Assembly: GCA_965261085.1 (NCBI GenBank)
Contig: OZ253442.1
Span: forward strand, 384,001 to 448,000
Direction of reading: 5' to 3'
DNA from: a bacterium
GTDB taxonomy: Bacteria > UBA8248
Length of the DNA: 64,000 bases
Below are positions 29,316 through 39,271 of the stretch, one piece after another. Within the stretch, counting starts at the first letter, position 1. Each line of letters begins with the position of its first letter. The position numbers were made by a program, and so were the translations under genes. Under the pieces are notes generated by a model, which saw nothing but the letters and a program-made list of their open reading frames with translations, had not been told where the DNA came from and searched no databases.

Positions 29316-32210
29316 TCAGCCCACCGTCGCCTTTTCAAAATACTGCTGAAGGTATCTGCCCGTGTGCGATTCGGGGTTCTGCGCCACTTCCTCGGGCGTC
29401 CCTTCGGCGACGATGCGGCCTCCCTGCTCCCCTCCTTCGGGGCCTAAGTCGATCACCCACTCCGCGTTGCGGATGACGTCCAGATTGTGCTCGACGACGA
29501 CCACCGTGTTCCCCAGCCCCACGAGGCGCGTCAGCACGTTCAGCAACCGCTCCACGTCCTGAAAGTGAAGCCCCGTCGTGGGCTCGTCCATGAGGTACAT
29601 GACGCCGCGGGGCGGCTTGGCGGCCAACTGGCCCGCTATCTTCAGGCGCTGGGCCTCGCCGCCCGAGAGCGTGTTCACGGGCTGGCCGATTCTGAGATAG
29701 TTCAGCCCTACGTCTCTCAGAATCAGCAGCTTGTTCAGCACCGAGGGCACGTGATCGAAAAACAGGCCGGCCTCATCCACCGTCAAGTTCAGCACCTCGT
29801 GGATGTTCTTGCCCTTGTACTGGATCTCCATGGTCTGGGCCTTGAAGCGCCTACCCTCGCAATCTGGACAACGAATGAAGATATCGGCCATGAAGTGCAT
29901 CTCTATCTTCTGGATGCCGCTTCCGGTGCAGGACTCGCACCGCCCCCCGGTGGTGTTGAACGAAAAATGCCCGGGGCCGTAGCCCATGTTTTTCGCCAGA
30001 GGGGTGTCCGCGAACAGGCGCCGAATCGCGTCGTAGGCCTTGAGATACGTGATCGGGTTGCTTCGGGGGCTTTTGCCGATGGGGCTCTGGTCGAGCAGGA
30101 CGACGGAATCGAGCGCATCGAAGCCCTCTATCCGCTCGAAGCGACCGATGGAGCCCTTGCCGTCGTGGAGAATACGCGCGAGGGCCGGATAGAGCGTGTC
30201 GTGCACCAGCGTGCTCTTGCCCGAGCCGGACACGCCCGTTATCGCCACCAGACGCCCCAGGGGAACGTGGAGGTCCACCCCTTTCAGGTTGTTCTCCCGC
30301 GCGCCCAGCAGAGAGAGATAGGAGCAACTCCCGTTATCTCCCCGCTTGATCTTCCGCGGGTTGATCTTGCGCTCGCCGCTCAGGAACTTCGCCGTCACCG
30401 AACTCCGGCATTCGTCGAGCTCTTCTCTGGAGCCGGAAAAAACAACCTCGCCCCCGCGCTCGCCCGCGCCGGGACCCAAATCCACGACGTGATCCGCCTC
30501 GTCGATGACGTCGCGGTCATGTTCGACCACGATAAGGGTGTTTCCCCGATCAACCAGATCCTTGAGTATCCCCACCAGGCGCGCGTTGTCCCTCGGGTGT
30601 AGACCGATGGTCGGCTCGTCCAGGATATACAGCGTGCCCGTCAGGTGCGCGCCCAACTGGTTCGCCAGGTTGATTCTCTGGTGCTCGCCGCCGCTCAGGG
30701 TCCTGGTCTCCCTGTCCAGCGTCAGGTATTCCAGGCCCACCTTTTGGAGGAAATCGAGGCGGTCGCGCACCTGCTTCAAAATGTCGCCCGCGCGCTCGTA
30801 TTGTTCAGGCGTAAGCGGCGGGGCCTCGAAGTATTCCCTTAATTCGCTCACCGGCATGGCGCAGACGTCGGCGATGGTGCGATCGCCCAGCTTGATCCAA
30901 AGGGCCTCGGGGCGCAGTCGCGTACCCCCGCATGAGGCGCATTTCTGCAGATTCTGGTAGCGACGTATCATCACGCGCACCCAGACCTTGTATTTTCTGC
31001 GCTTGAGCCTCTCGAAGAACCGATAAACACCCAGAAACGCTCCCGATCCCTCGAACACCATTTTCTTCTGATCCTCGGACATCTCCTGCCAGGGAACGTG
31101 AATGTCGAGGCCATCCCTCTTGGCGGCTTCCTGGAGTTGTTCGCCGAAATACCGGCGGTAGCGCGGCCTCGCCCAGGGCTCCACCGCCCCCTGGGCGAGC
31201 GTTTTCCTGGGCTCGGGGATGATGAGGGCCTCATCGAAATTCAGCGTGTTCCCGAACCCGCCGCACTCCTGACAGGCCCCGTTGGGATTGTTGAAACTGA
31301 ACGTGTGCGGGACGGGTTCTTCGAACGTATGGCCGCAGCACTCGAGCTTCTGGCTGAAGCGAAGCCTCGGCCCATCCACGAGCTGCACCTCGGCGACGCC
31401 GCCGCCCTCTCGAAACGCCGTTTCCAACGATTCTCCCAGGCGCGCGCGGTTTCTGGAGGATATCTTCAGGCGATCCACCACCACCCGAATCGTATAGGGG
31501 TTCCGCACGGCGGGCCTTTCCTCCAGAGGTTCTCTTTTCCGGGGACGGCCGCGTTTTTTCGCTTCGGGCGGCGGTTCGACTTCCTTCCTTAGTCTCTCGA
31601 AAAGCGGAGGGCCGATGTTCACGATCTCCTCATCCACCATCACGCGAATATAACCCTGCGCCACCATGGATTTGAGTTCCCCTTCCAACTCCCCGGCATC
31701 GCACGGAGCCATCGGGAAGAGCAAGAACGCTCTCGCATCCGCATAGGCGTTCAGCAAGAGCGCCACCGTGCCGTCGACCGTGGCGGGCGAAACCTCGCTC
31801 CCGCAATCGGGGCAATGGATCTTTCCCGCCTTGGCGAAGAGCAGGCGCAGGTAGTCGTAAATCTCGGAAGCCGTACCCACCGTGGAGCGCGAATGGTTCA
31901 CCGGGTTGTATTGCTCGATGGCGATGGCGGGGCTGATGCCCTCGATGTAATCCACGTCGGGCTTGTCCACGCGCTCTAGGAACTGCCGCGCGTAGGTGGA
32001 GAGGCTCTCGACGTATCTGCGGTGGCCCTCGGCGTAGATGGTGTCGAACGCCAGGGAGGATTTGCCCGAACCGCTCGGGCCCGTGACGACGATGAAATGC
32101 TCCCTCGGGAGTTTGAGGGAGATGTCCTTCAAATTATGCTCCCGCGCGCCCTCGATGCGGATGTCTTCCATCAGGGATACGGCTGGGAGAGCTTCGCTTT
32201 GGGTGTTCAT
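29316..32210 (-). CDS. uvrA: Excinuclease ABC subunit A
   Basis: GAREHNLK, two GxSGSGKS Walker A motifs, LSGGE twice and zinc fingers. Confidence 0.96.
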   Translation of the reverse strand: MNTQSEALPAVSLMEDIRIEGAREHNLKDISLKLPREHFIVVTGPSGSGKSSLAFDTIYAEGHRRYVESLSTYARQFLERVDKPDVDYIEGISPAIAIEQYNPVNHSRSTVGTASEIYDYLRLLFAKAGKIHCPDCGSEVSPATVDGTVALLLNAYADARAFLLFPMAPCDAGELEGELKSMVAQGYIRVMVDEEIVNIGPPLFERLRKEVEPPPEAKKRGRPRKREPLEERPAVRNPYTIRVVVDRLKISSRNRARLGESLETAFREGGGVAEVQLVDGPRLRFSQKLECCGHTFEEPVPHTFSFNNPNGACQECGGFGNTLNFDEALIIPEPRKTLAQGAVEPWARPRYRRYFGEQLQEAAKRDGLDIHVPWQEMSEDQKKMVFEGSGAFLGVYRFFERLKRRKYKVWVRVMIRRYQNLQKCASCGGTRLRPEALWIKLGDRTIADVCAMPVSELREYFEAPPLTPEQYERAGDILKQVRDRLDFLQKVGLEYLTLDRETRTLSGGEHQRINLANQLGAHLTGTLYILDEPTIGLHPRDNARLVGILKDLVDRGNTLIVVEHDRDVIDEADHVVDLGPGAGERGGEVVFSGSREELDECRSSVTAKFLSGERKINPRKIKRGDNGSCSYLSLLGARENNLKGVDLHVPLGRLVAITGVSGSGKSTLVHDTLYPALARILHDGKGSIGRFERIEGFDALDSVVLLDQSPIGKSPRSNPITYLKAYDAIRRLFADTPLAKNMGYGPGHFSFNTTGGRCESCTGSGIQKIEMHFMADIFIRCPDCEGRRFKAQTMEIQYKGKNIHEVLNLTVDEAGLFFDHVPSVLNKLLILRDVGLNYLRIGQPVNTLSGGEAQRLKIAGQLAAKPPRGVMYLMDEPTTGLHFQDVERLLNVLTRLVGLGNTVVVVEHNLDVIRNAEWVIDLGPEGGEQGGRIVAEGTPEEVAQNPESHTGRYLQQYFEKATVG

Positions 32211-32245
32211 TTCCTCGTGACGACTCTATGGGTGATACGGGCGAT

Positions 32246-32294
32246 GAACGAAATGATAACCCCTCAATATGATGCGGGGGGAGGTAGGTGTCAA
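32246..32294 (-). promoter_or_regulatory. Putative uvrA promoter with candidate LexA box
   Basis: Minus strand: TTGACA (32294-32289)-N17-CATATT, followed by GTTA-N7-GTTC. Confidence 0.55.
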
Positions 32295-32350
32295 CGGGGT
32301 GGGGGGTTTGGGGGAAAGTAGAGATAGGGCCCCGCGCCTGTCCTGTTGGA

Positions 32351-33208
32351 TTACCTCAAACCGAGTTCTCTAAGCCAAGCGTCAACCTGTCCGAAGGCGT
32401 CCTGTTGCCATTGATCCGCAGTGCGCTCACCGAGCGCGTCGGAACCTTCCACGAATTGCCGCACACAGGTCGGGCCGAAATCGTCCACGTCGCGGAATTT
32501 TCCCGAGAGTAGAAGATAGCCTTTTCGCGCCGTATCGACTTCAAGGAGTGGCTTCGTTGCCGCAACGAGAGCGTCCAGCCCGCCTGGAAAGTTGCGGATG
32601 GAGAAGTAGATATCGTAAGCATCTTTTTGTTTCAGCCGATTTCCGATGGCATATCCTTTCATGGCCAACAGCGCCGGGATCGACGCTACCGCAATGTGCA
32701 CGCTATTGCGGCCTCCATCCGGCATATCGCTCTCAATGGAGACCATCTCGTAGAATTTGAGCGCAAGATCGGCGCCGTCGGCGCGCTGTACGGCGAACTC
32801 ACTGATAAGCGGTGGGGTGTTCTTCGCGAGCTCGACGTCACGCGGCATAAGAAAGTCCACGACAACATCGATATCAGACCCGCCGTCGCGGGCGGGCACG
32901 GTGCGCACGAGTTGAAAGGGAGGTGAATTGTCCCGCTGATTGTAGCCTTGCTTCTGAAGCGACTCGACGAGCCGGGCATATTCCCCATCGCCCAGGGCTT
33001 CGGCGTCGAGACTGAGATCCACGTCTAAGGTGCCGACATGGGACATATCGGATTCGCCCAACAACAGCCATGGAACGGCACCACCGATTACAGCGAACTT
33101 ACCTTGAAAACTGCCCAGGATTTGTCCGATTTCGACCAATACGGATTTGACCGCCGCTGTACTGCGATCATCGTAATCATGGGCGAACCGCGGTTCTTCT
33201 ATAGCCAT
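32351..33208 (-). CDS. AbiEii-like nucleotidyltransferase toxin
   Basis: IGG..HVGTLDVD pol-beta motif; MK...KQKDAYD. Confidence 0.8.
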   Translation of the reverse strand: MAIEEPRFAHDYDDRSTAAVKSVLVEIGQILGSFQGKFAVIGGAVPWLLLGESDMSHVGTLDVDLSLDAEALGDGEYARLVESLQKQGYNQRDNSPPFQLVRTVPARDGGSDIDVVVDFLMPRDVELAKNTPPLISEFAVQRADGADLALKFYEMVSIESDMPDGGRNSVHIAVASIPALLAMKGYAIGNRLKQKDAYDIYFSIRNFPGGLDALVAATKPLLEVDTARKGYLLLSGKFRDVDDFGPTCVRQFVEGSDALGERTADQWQQDAFGQVDAWLRELGLR

Positions 33209-34308
33209 GGGAAGAACTCTCTGGCTAGATATTCGGCAGCTTCACGGTCGCGGTCATTGCCGTTCCACAAGTCCAAATAAGTGACGACTGGACTGGCACA
33301 GAATACGCCCGGCGCAGGCTCGCTGGCGTCATCGAACAGACTCTCATCCATGGGGATACGAAGGACAACGTTAGCTCCTCTTGTAGCAGGCCTCAGTTTC
33401 AACGCTTCTACCAAAGTTTCAGCGCCAGATTCGTCAGCATAGAAAGTATGTGTGCCGTCCCGGCCAAAGGGCGCGTACCATTGGGCGGCGGAATGCAACG
33501 AGTAGATTGCTCGCGGGCGTTGTGGATACGGATTTAGCACTCCCGACAATCGCTTTTCAAGCTGCTCGCCGTGGAGATGTGTGTATCCGGCGATGTGACG
33601 GCCAATCGGACGGCGATAGTTCTTGCGCCATTTTTTCAAGAGCGCATCCGGCTGGACGAGGGCGACTCCGTCGTCGCGTTTTTCGATCCATTCCCGTTCA
33701 AGCAAGGCTTTTCGAACATTACTCACATGACCAAGGCTCACTTTGGCTTTTTCGGCCAAGTCGGCGACACGCCATGCGTGGTCGGGGTCGCGCAGCATCA
33801 CGCGCAAGACAGCGCCCGCTTTCGGGGTGAAAATTGACCGCAACACACGGATTTCGGACTCAGGCTTGTTTGCGACGGCCCGATCAATATAGACGCTATC
33901 GAAAGCGAGATGTACGTTCCCGAAAAGATCGAGATAAGCAATATTGTGAGCGGTACAGATCGCTCGCGACTCCGGGGACAGGTAGGGACTGACAAGCATC
34001 GGAATCAAACGCCGGTTGTCATCCGCGTGCCTAGATTGAAGTAAATGCACCACATAGCTTTCGAGCTGGTAGACTGCGGAACGCACGAAGCGCGGCGCCC
34101 CATTCGCTTTAACCTCGATGATGAGCGTGTAATCGACGACGCCGTGGCTCAAACCTATTCGTAAATCGATTCCGTAGTCGCGCCCGACGCTTTCCTCATA
34201 GTCGTCAACCGAGTCGATCTCCACGTTTGGTATGTCGGTAAGCAAGTCACGGACAGCCTCGAAGGCCATGAAATCTTGAACTTTCAATGTTTGAGTATAT
34301 TTCATCAT
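33199..34308 (-). CDS. AbiEi-like type IV TA antitoxin/regulator
   Basis: D..IEVK N-terminal domain; HTH motif VADLAEKAKVSLGHVS; C-terminal SPVVTYLDL..RDREAAE; overlaps the toxin gene by 10 bp. Confidence 0.8.
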   Translation of the reverse strand: MMKYTQTLKVQDFMAFEAVRDLLTDIPNVEIDSVDDYEESVGRDYGIDLRIGLSHGVVDYTLIIEVKANGAPRFVRSAVYQLESYVVHLLQSRHADDNRRLIPMLVSPYLSPESRAICTAHNIAYLDLFGNVHLAFDSVYIDRAVANKPESEIRVLRSIFTPKAGAVLRVMLRDPDHAWRVADLAEKAKVSLGHVSNVRKALLEREWIEKRDDGVALVQPDALLKKWRKNYRRPIGRHIAGYTHLHGEQLEKRLSGVLNPYPQRPRAIYSLHSAAQWYAPFGRDGTHTFYADESGAETLVEALKLRPATRGANVVLRIPMDESLFDDASEPAPGVFCASPVVTYLDLWNGNDRDREAAEYLAREFFPWL

Positions 34309-34312
34309 TCGT

Positions 34313-34401
34313 TGAAAATAGCATATATAGTGAAAATGTCAAGTTTTTTCATTAAATACTATTATTTCATCTTTCGCTGAAAATAGCATTATTAGTGAAA
34401 A
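34313..34401 (-). promoter_or_regulatory. AbiE-like operon promoter with 24-bp repeats
   Basis: TGAAAATAGCAT(ATA/TAT)TAGTGAAAA at 34313 and 34378; minus-strand TTGACA at 34342-34337. Confidence 0.7.
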
Positions 34402-34549
34402 CCGCTTCCGAAAAACCCCAACGCTCAGTTTCATAAACGCGACTACGCCCCTGGCAAGGATAACCTCCCGCCGCTATTGATAGGGTGATTCTTAGGACTC
34501 CGGGGCGGAAGGGCAGGGACGAATTGAATCAATGTCCTGATCACTCCTC

Positions 34550-35335
34550 TCAAATCGCCCGTAATCGCCCCCCGTCGACGGCGAACACGCCGCCCGAGAT
34601 GTAACTCGCCTCGGGCGAGGCGAGAAACGCCACCATCGCGCCGAACTCCTCTGGCTCGCCCAGACGGCCCAGCGGCACGTCGCGCTCCACGCGCGCCACG
34701 GATTCCTCAAGGGTTATCCCTAAGCGCTTCGCCAGGGACGCGCGGCCATGCATCCCGCGTTCGGTGTTGATGACGCCGGGGATGACCACGTTCACCAGAA
34801 TGTTCTCCTCGCCCAGGGCGCGAGAGAGCGATTTGGCCAGACCGGCCACGGCGGGGCGCATGACGTTCGAGAGCAGGAGATCGTCGATGGGTTCGCGCAC
34901 CGAACTGGACAGGATGAAGAGGATTCTTCCGCCGCCTCGCCCCCGCATGTGCGGTAGCGTCTCGCGGACGAGGCGCACGGCGCTCATGACGCCCAGCTCG
35001 AACGCGTCGAACCAGGCGTCGTCTTCAAGCTCCTCGAACACCCCTCTGGGAGGCCCGCCCGCGTTTGCGACCAGAACGTCCACGCCGCCGAAGTGAGACG
35101 CGGCCCCGCCGATGAATTTCTGGACGCCCTCAACGGTGCTCACGTCCGCCGCGCAATGCCAGGTTTCCACACCGGCCTGTTTTGCGATATCGGAAGCGGC
35201 CGCGGCGCAGGTGGCCTCATCCCTCGAGCAAATGGCCACGCTTGCGCCGCGCATGGCCATCTTGAGCGCCGAGGCTCGGCCCAGCCCCTTGCTGCCCGCC
35301 GCCACCAGGGCGATTTTTCCTTCCATGTCTCTCAT
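34550..35335 (-). CDS. SDR family oxidoreductase
   Basis: AAGSKGLG, ANAGGPP and SNVMR motifs. Confidence 0.9.
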   Translation of the reverse strand: MRDMEGKIALVAAGSKGLGRASALKMAMRGASVAICSRDEATCAAAASDIAKQAGVETWHCAADVSTVEGVQKFIGGAASHFGGVDVLVANAGGPPRGVFEELEDDAWFDAFELGVMSAVRLVRETLPHMRGRGGGRILFILSSSVREPIDDLLLSNVMRPAVAGLAKSLSRALGEENILVNVVIPGVINTERGMHGRASLAKRLGITLEESVARVERDVPLGRLGEPEEFGAMVAFLASPEASYISGGVFAVDGGRLRAI

Positions 35336-35479
35336 CGGGTATCTCCTCGGTCGCGCCCATCGTCATGAAAGGCTAAAAACGGCGAACCCGCAACTGCCCG
35401 CATTTGCCGTCACCCAAGGACGCGGCGCGCACGGCATCATTCACGCGGATTCCCGTGCATCGAGACGAATCGGAATTGA

Positions 35480-35524
35480 TGAAAATATCGATAAATTCAC
35501 GATGTTTTTCGATAAATTTATGAC
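35480..35524. repeat. Dispersed intergenic repeat, copy 2
   Basis: Matches 3588-3632. Confidence 0.85.
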
Positions 35525-35560
35525 ATGTTAAACATATGATAAATAAGGCGTTATACGATT

Positions 35561-36400
35561 TTAGCGCCTCGGCGCGATGATGACGTACGTTGGCGCGGGA
35601 CGCCCCGGAATGCTATTCGAGCCCCGCACCCACAACTGCGAACTCGAGCCGCCGTCCAGGTTCATGGCGTCCCGGATGCCAAGGCCGCCTTTCGATTCGG
35701 GCAGAACCAGATACTCCTGAAGCTCACACCAGGAGATGCCGCGCGTCTCGGTCTCGCTCACCAGAACGACGAGCCTGTCTTTCGCGTCGAGGCCGACCAC
35801 CGTTCTCCTCGTGGCGCGCAGATATTCCCTGTACCGAGACAGCCCCTCAGCGGGCTTGCCATTCATTACGAGAAGAGGCCCCGCCTGGAACGCCTCTTTG
35901 ACGCCTGAATCCTGAAATTTCTCGCGGGAAACGATTTCAGGCCTCCCGTTATTCCGCCCCACCACGAACATCGCTCCGTAATGCAGGAAGGTCTTGCGCC
36001 CCCGGTGCAACACGCGGCTGTTGAACACCTTTCCGCCCGAGCGGAAATATCCCATGGGGCGTCCGTTTTCATCAAAATAGCCGGCATTGAGAATGACGGA
36101 GGCACCCAGCTTTTCGCCGAGAACCTCCAAGTCGACGGGCAGGAACCACTCTGATTTGTCACGCCAGTGGAGCCTGATTTCAAACTCCCCGTGCCGCAAA
36201 CGCACCGCCTTCATGCGCGCGGTCGCGCCATTTTCGAACCGAATTCGAACGTTTCGCGTATCCAACGGCGGGGATTGCCGCCGTGTCCACCGACCATCTC
36301 CCACGGGATGGCCCTTGAGAGGACAATCGGGTGCGGCCATCGCAGGTTGAACGACCACAAAAGAGCCGACAATCAAATTCAACACCAGCAAACGCTTCAT
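35561..36400 (-). CDS. Phosphodiester glycosidase (NAGPA) family exported protein
   Basis: NAGYFD, QAGPLL, RTVVG and MNLDGGSS motifs; signal peptide. Confidence 0.88.
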   Translation of the reverse strand: MKRLLVLNLIVGSFVVVQPAMAAPDCPLKGHPVGDGRWTRRQSPPLDTRNVRIRFENGATARMKAVRLRHGEFEIRLHWRDKSEWFLPVDLEVLGEKLGASVILNAGYFDENGRPMGYFRSGGKVFNSRVLHRGRKTFLHYGAMFVVGRNNGRPEIVSREKFQDSGVKEAFQAGPLLVMNGKPAEGLSRYREYLRATRRTVVGLDAKDRLVVLVSETETRGISWCELQEYLVLPESKGGLGIRDAMNLDGGSSSQLWVRGSNSIPGRPAPTYVIIAPRR

Positions 36401-36455
36401 GGCGAAAAGCCCCTCGACGCCGCCAACCCCACTTTACTCTGATTGCACGGAATGA

Positions 36456-38078
36456 CTAGAAACCAGCCGCGCATCCATCTCTTCGATGATCAGAACCACC
36501 CATGATTACGCCATCATCAAGCCGCACGATTCCCTGCCCGCCGCCAAAACCCTCATAGCCGCCTGCACGACGCACATCGTGGCCACGCGATTCCAACTCC
36601 TGGAGCACGCTCTCCGGCACACCGCTCTCTATCGCCACTGCACGACCACCCAAAACGCGAAAACGGGGGGCTTCGATAGCTTCCTGGATGTCCATGCCGA
36701 AATCCACCATATTCGAGAGAACCTGCACATGCCCTTGCGGCTGCATGTCGCCTCCCATGACGCCGAAACTCATCCAGGGTTCCCCATCTTTCATCACAAA
36801 ACCGGGGATAATGGTGTGCAAGGGCCGCTTTTCGGGCGCGATGCAATTCGGGTGGCCTTCTTCCAACACGAAACCGCTGCCCCTGTTCTGGAGCATGATG
36901 CCCGTCTCTCCCCCGGTGATGCCTGATCCGAAATGATGGAACAAACTGTTGATGAACGAACACATATTTCCCTGAGAATCCGCCACAGTAAGATAAATCG
37001 TGTCGTTCCAGGTTTTGGGAATCCCGGCCCCGGGGCTACCGGCTTTTTTCTCATCAATGAGCTTTCGACGCTCATCGGCATATCCCGAGGACAGAAGCCC
37101 TTTCAGGGGAACATCCGCCTTGTCCATATCCGCGACATAGCGATCTCTGTCTGCGAAGGCGAGCTTCATCGCCTCGATCAGAATATGGAGATGATCGGCG
37201 GAGCCATAACTCATCTCTGCCAAAGGGTATACGTCGATGAGATTGAGGCATACCAGCGCCGTGACACCCTGCCCTGAGGGCGGTATCTCACAAAGCTCAT
37301 AGCCGCGGTAATTTGCGCGAATCGGCTCAACCCATTCACTTTTCGTGGCGGCGAAATCCTCGAGCTCGAACAAACCCCCGATTTCCTTGGTGTAGCGAAC
37401 GATCTCCTCGGCTATCGGACCTTCGTAGAAAGCCTCACGGCCACCATCGGCTATCATCCGCAAAGATTCTCCCAGCTTCGGGTTCCGGAATCTTTCTCCA
37501 ATTCTCGGCGGGCGCCCGGCCGGCAGATAGGTTCGCTGTGAGTATTCACATTTTTGCAGCTTTTCCGTCTGGTTTGCCCACGCACGTCCAATGATGGGGG
37601 ACAGAGGAAATCCATCTTCCGCATATTGAATCGCCGGCCGGAGAAGCTCCGACATTTTCTTCTTCCCACTGCCGCATCGCTCGTAGGCGGCGAACCATCC
37701 ATCCACGGCACCGGGGAGGGTGCAAGAATAAATTCCTGTCTCCGGCACGGAAGAATATTCCTGGTAGCGCGAGAGTGTCGCTTTGGCCGGACTCTTTCCA
37801 CTGCCGTTCAAACCCAGGAGTTCCTTCGAATCGGAATCCCAATAGAGCATGAACATATCCCCACCAACCCCCGTGGATTGCGGCTCCACCACATTCAACG
37901 CTGCGGCTGTCGCGATTGCCGCGTCCATGGCGTTTCCGCCTTCTCTCAGGATTAGGAGACCCGCTTCGGCGGCCAGGGGCTGGCTGGTCGCCACCAAGCC
38001 TCCGGTGGCGAATACGGGAGAGCGGCCTGCGCCCAGCAATGTCCTTGTAGTCGGCTCTTTCAACACCCACTCCTTCAC
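36456..38078 (-). CDS. ggt: Gamma-glutamyltransferase
   Basis: GGNAMDAA, DTIYL, LQNRG, RPLHTIIP and GVMGG motifs. Confidence 0.93.
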   Translation of the reverse strand: MKEWVLKEPTTRTLLGAGRSPVFATGGLVATSQPLAAEAGLLILREGGNAMDAAIATAAALNVVEPQSTGVGGDMFMLYWDSDSKELLGLNGSGKSPAKATLSRYQEYSSVPETGIYSCTLPGAVDGWFAAYERCGSGKKKMSELLRPAIQYAEDGFPLSPIIGRAWANQTEKLQKCEYSQRTYLPAGRPPRIGERFRNPKLGESLRMIADGGREAFYEGPIAEEIVRYTKEIGGLFELEDFAATKSEWVEPIRANYRGYELCEIPPSGQGVTALVCLNLIDVYPLAEMSYGSADHLHILIEAMKLAFADRDRYVADMDKADVPLKGLLSSGYADERRKLIDEKKAGSPGAGIPKTWNDTIYLTVADSQGNMCSFINSLFHHFGSGITGGETGIMLQNRGSGFVLEEGHPNCIAPEKRPLHTIIPGFVMKDGEPWMSFGVMGGDMQPQGHVQVLSNMVDFGMDIQEAIEAPRFRVLGGRAVAIESGVPESVLQELESRGHDVRRAGGYEGFGGGQGIVRLDDGVIMGGSDHRRDGCAAGF

Positions 38079-38099
38079 GATATGGAAGATTTTACCGAT

Positions 38100-39167
38100 T
38101 TATGTGTCACATATTTCCGCCTGTTCTCTATCGCGGAGAAAAACCACCTCACACATTTCTCCGTTACCAGATGAAGCCATGGCATCCGGTCCCACGATAC
38201 ATCTTTTCAAAATGGAATTCTCATCAACTCTACCACCTGAAAAGATGATGGATTCTCGAACTTTGGCGTTATTCCTAAGAATAGCATCCCCCATGATTGC
38301 CGTGAAGGGACCCGCTTTCGCATTTTTTTGGATAACAATATCGGGGCCTAACAAAACAGGGGGCTCAATGCTGCCCTCCCCCCACTTCATGGCGGGACCT
38401 TCTATCAACAAAAACCCCTTTGGCGGCCACATGAACTCCGGCGCGAATGCGCCGGACATGATGTCCATATTCGCCTGCAAATACCGCGACGGAGTACCGA
38501 CATCCATCCAATAAGAATCACTCAGAATCGCACCAATCCGGGTGCCTTTTTTCATCAACCGGGGATAAATTTGCTTTGAAATATCCGACGCCACTCCCAC
38601 AGGGATATGATTCAACATTTCAGGAGACATGATGCTCAACCCGGTGAACATCGCCTGGCTCAGCTCGCCTTGTGGGATCCCCGGTGCGCTCGTGTCCAAA
38701 AAATTTCGCAAACGTCCCACCCCATCAAATTCAAGCACCCCGTATTTTTTAACCTCGGGTGAGCGTCTGAGTATAAGTGTGGCGAGAAAATCTCCCTTTT
38801 GATGATGGTTCAACGCTTTTTTAAAATCAGCGCCACACGGCGCATCCGCGTTGATGACGAAAAAAGGCTCTTTCTTCTCGCACAAAAACGCCTCTGCATT
38901 CTTGATTCCACCGGCAGTTCCCAAAATCTCAGGCTCGTGAAAATACCGAATATGAACACCATGCGCACAATCACCCAAAGTAGAACGAATCTTCTCTGCG
39001 CCATGGTGCAAATTGACTGCGACCTCCCTCACACCGACAGCCGCCAATTTCTCCAGTGCAAAACCGATAAGCGGCACACCGCCCAAGGGTAAAAGCGGTT
39101 TGGGGATCTCCTCTCCCAACACTCCCAGTCTTTTTCCATAACCAGCCGCCATCACGAACGCCCGCAT
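38100..39167 (-). CDS. NDP-sugar pyrophosphorylase family protein
   Basis: MAAGYGKRL, PKPL, LGTAGG and WMDVGT motifs; hexapeptide tail. Confidence 0.88.
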   Translation of the reverse strand: MRAFVMAAGYGKRLGVLGEEIPKPLLPLGGVPLIGFALEKLAAVGVREVAVNLHHGAEKIRSTLGDCAHGVHIRYFHEPEILGTAGGIKNAEAFLCEKKEPFFVINADAPCGADFKKALNHHQKGDFLATLILRRSPEVKKYGVLEFDGVGRLRNFLDTSAPGIPQGELSQAMFTGLSIMSPEMLNHIPVGVASDISKQIYPRLMKKGTRIGAILSDSYWMDVGTPSRYLQANMDIMSGAFAPEFMWPPKGFLLIEGPAMKWGEGSIEPPVLLGPDIVIQKNAKAGPFTAIMGDAILRNNAKVRESIIFSGGRVDENSILKRCIVGPDAMASSGNGEMCEVVFLRDREQAEICDT

Positions 39168-39220
39168 TCCGCGTACCTCTCTTGTGGCCGGAAAGAATGC
39201 TCTCAATTCCTTTGAGAACA

Positions 39221-39257
39221 AAACAAAACCGGGCATTGCAATCCGCCCGGCTTGTTT
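39221..39257 (-). terminator. Putative intrinsic terminator after the Mo-subunit gene
   Basis: CCGGGC/GCCCGG stem followed by a T-rich tail on the minus strand. Confidence 0.55.
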
Positions 39258-39271
39258 GATTTTCTGTATTA

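Noticed and set aside
32300-34550. Mobile-element boundaries around the AbiE-like cassette (also checked around hipBA)
   Set aside because: No terminal repeats, target duplications or recombinase genes were seen.
35551-35567. TTATACGATTTTAGCG resembling hip operator 4
   Set aside because: It lacks the GTATA half-site and has the wrong spacing; probably chance.
38100-39167. Nucleotidyltransferase as the Mo-cofactor enzyme MocA
   Set aside because: Its length and motifs fit NDP-sugar pyrophosphorylases with a hexapeptide tail.
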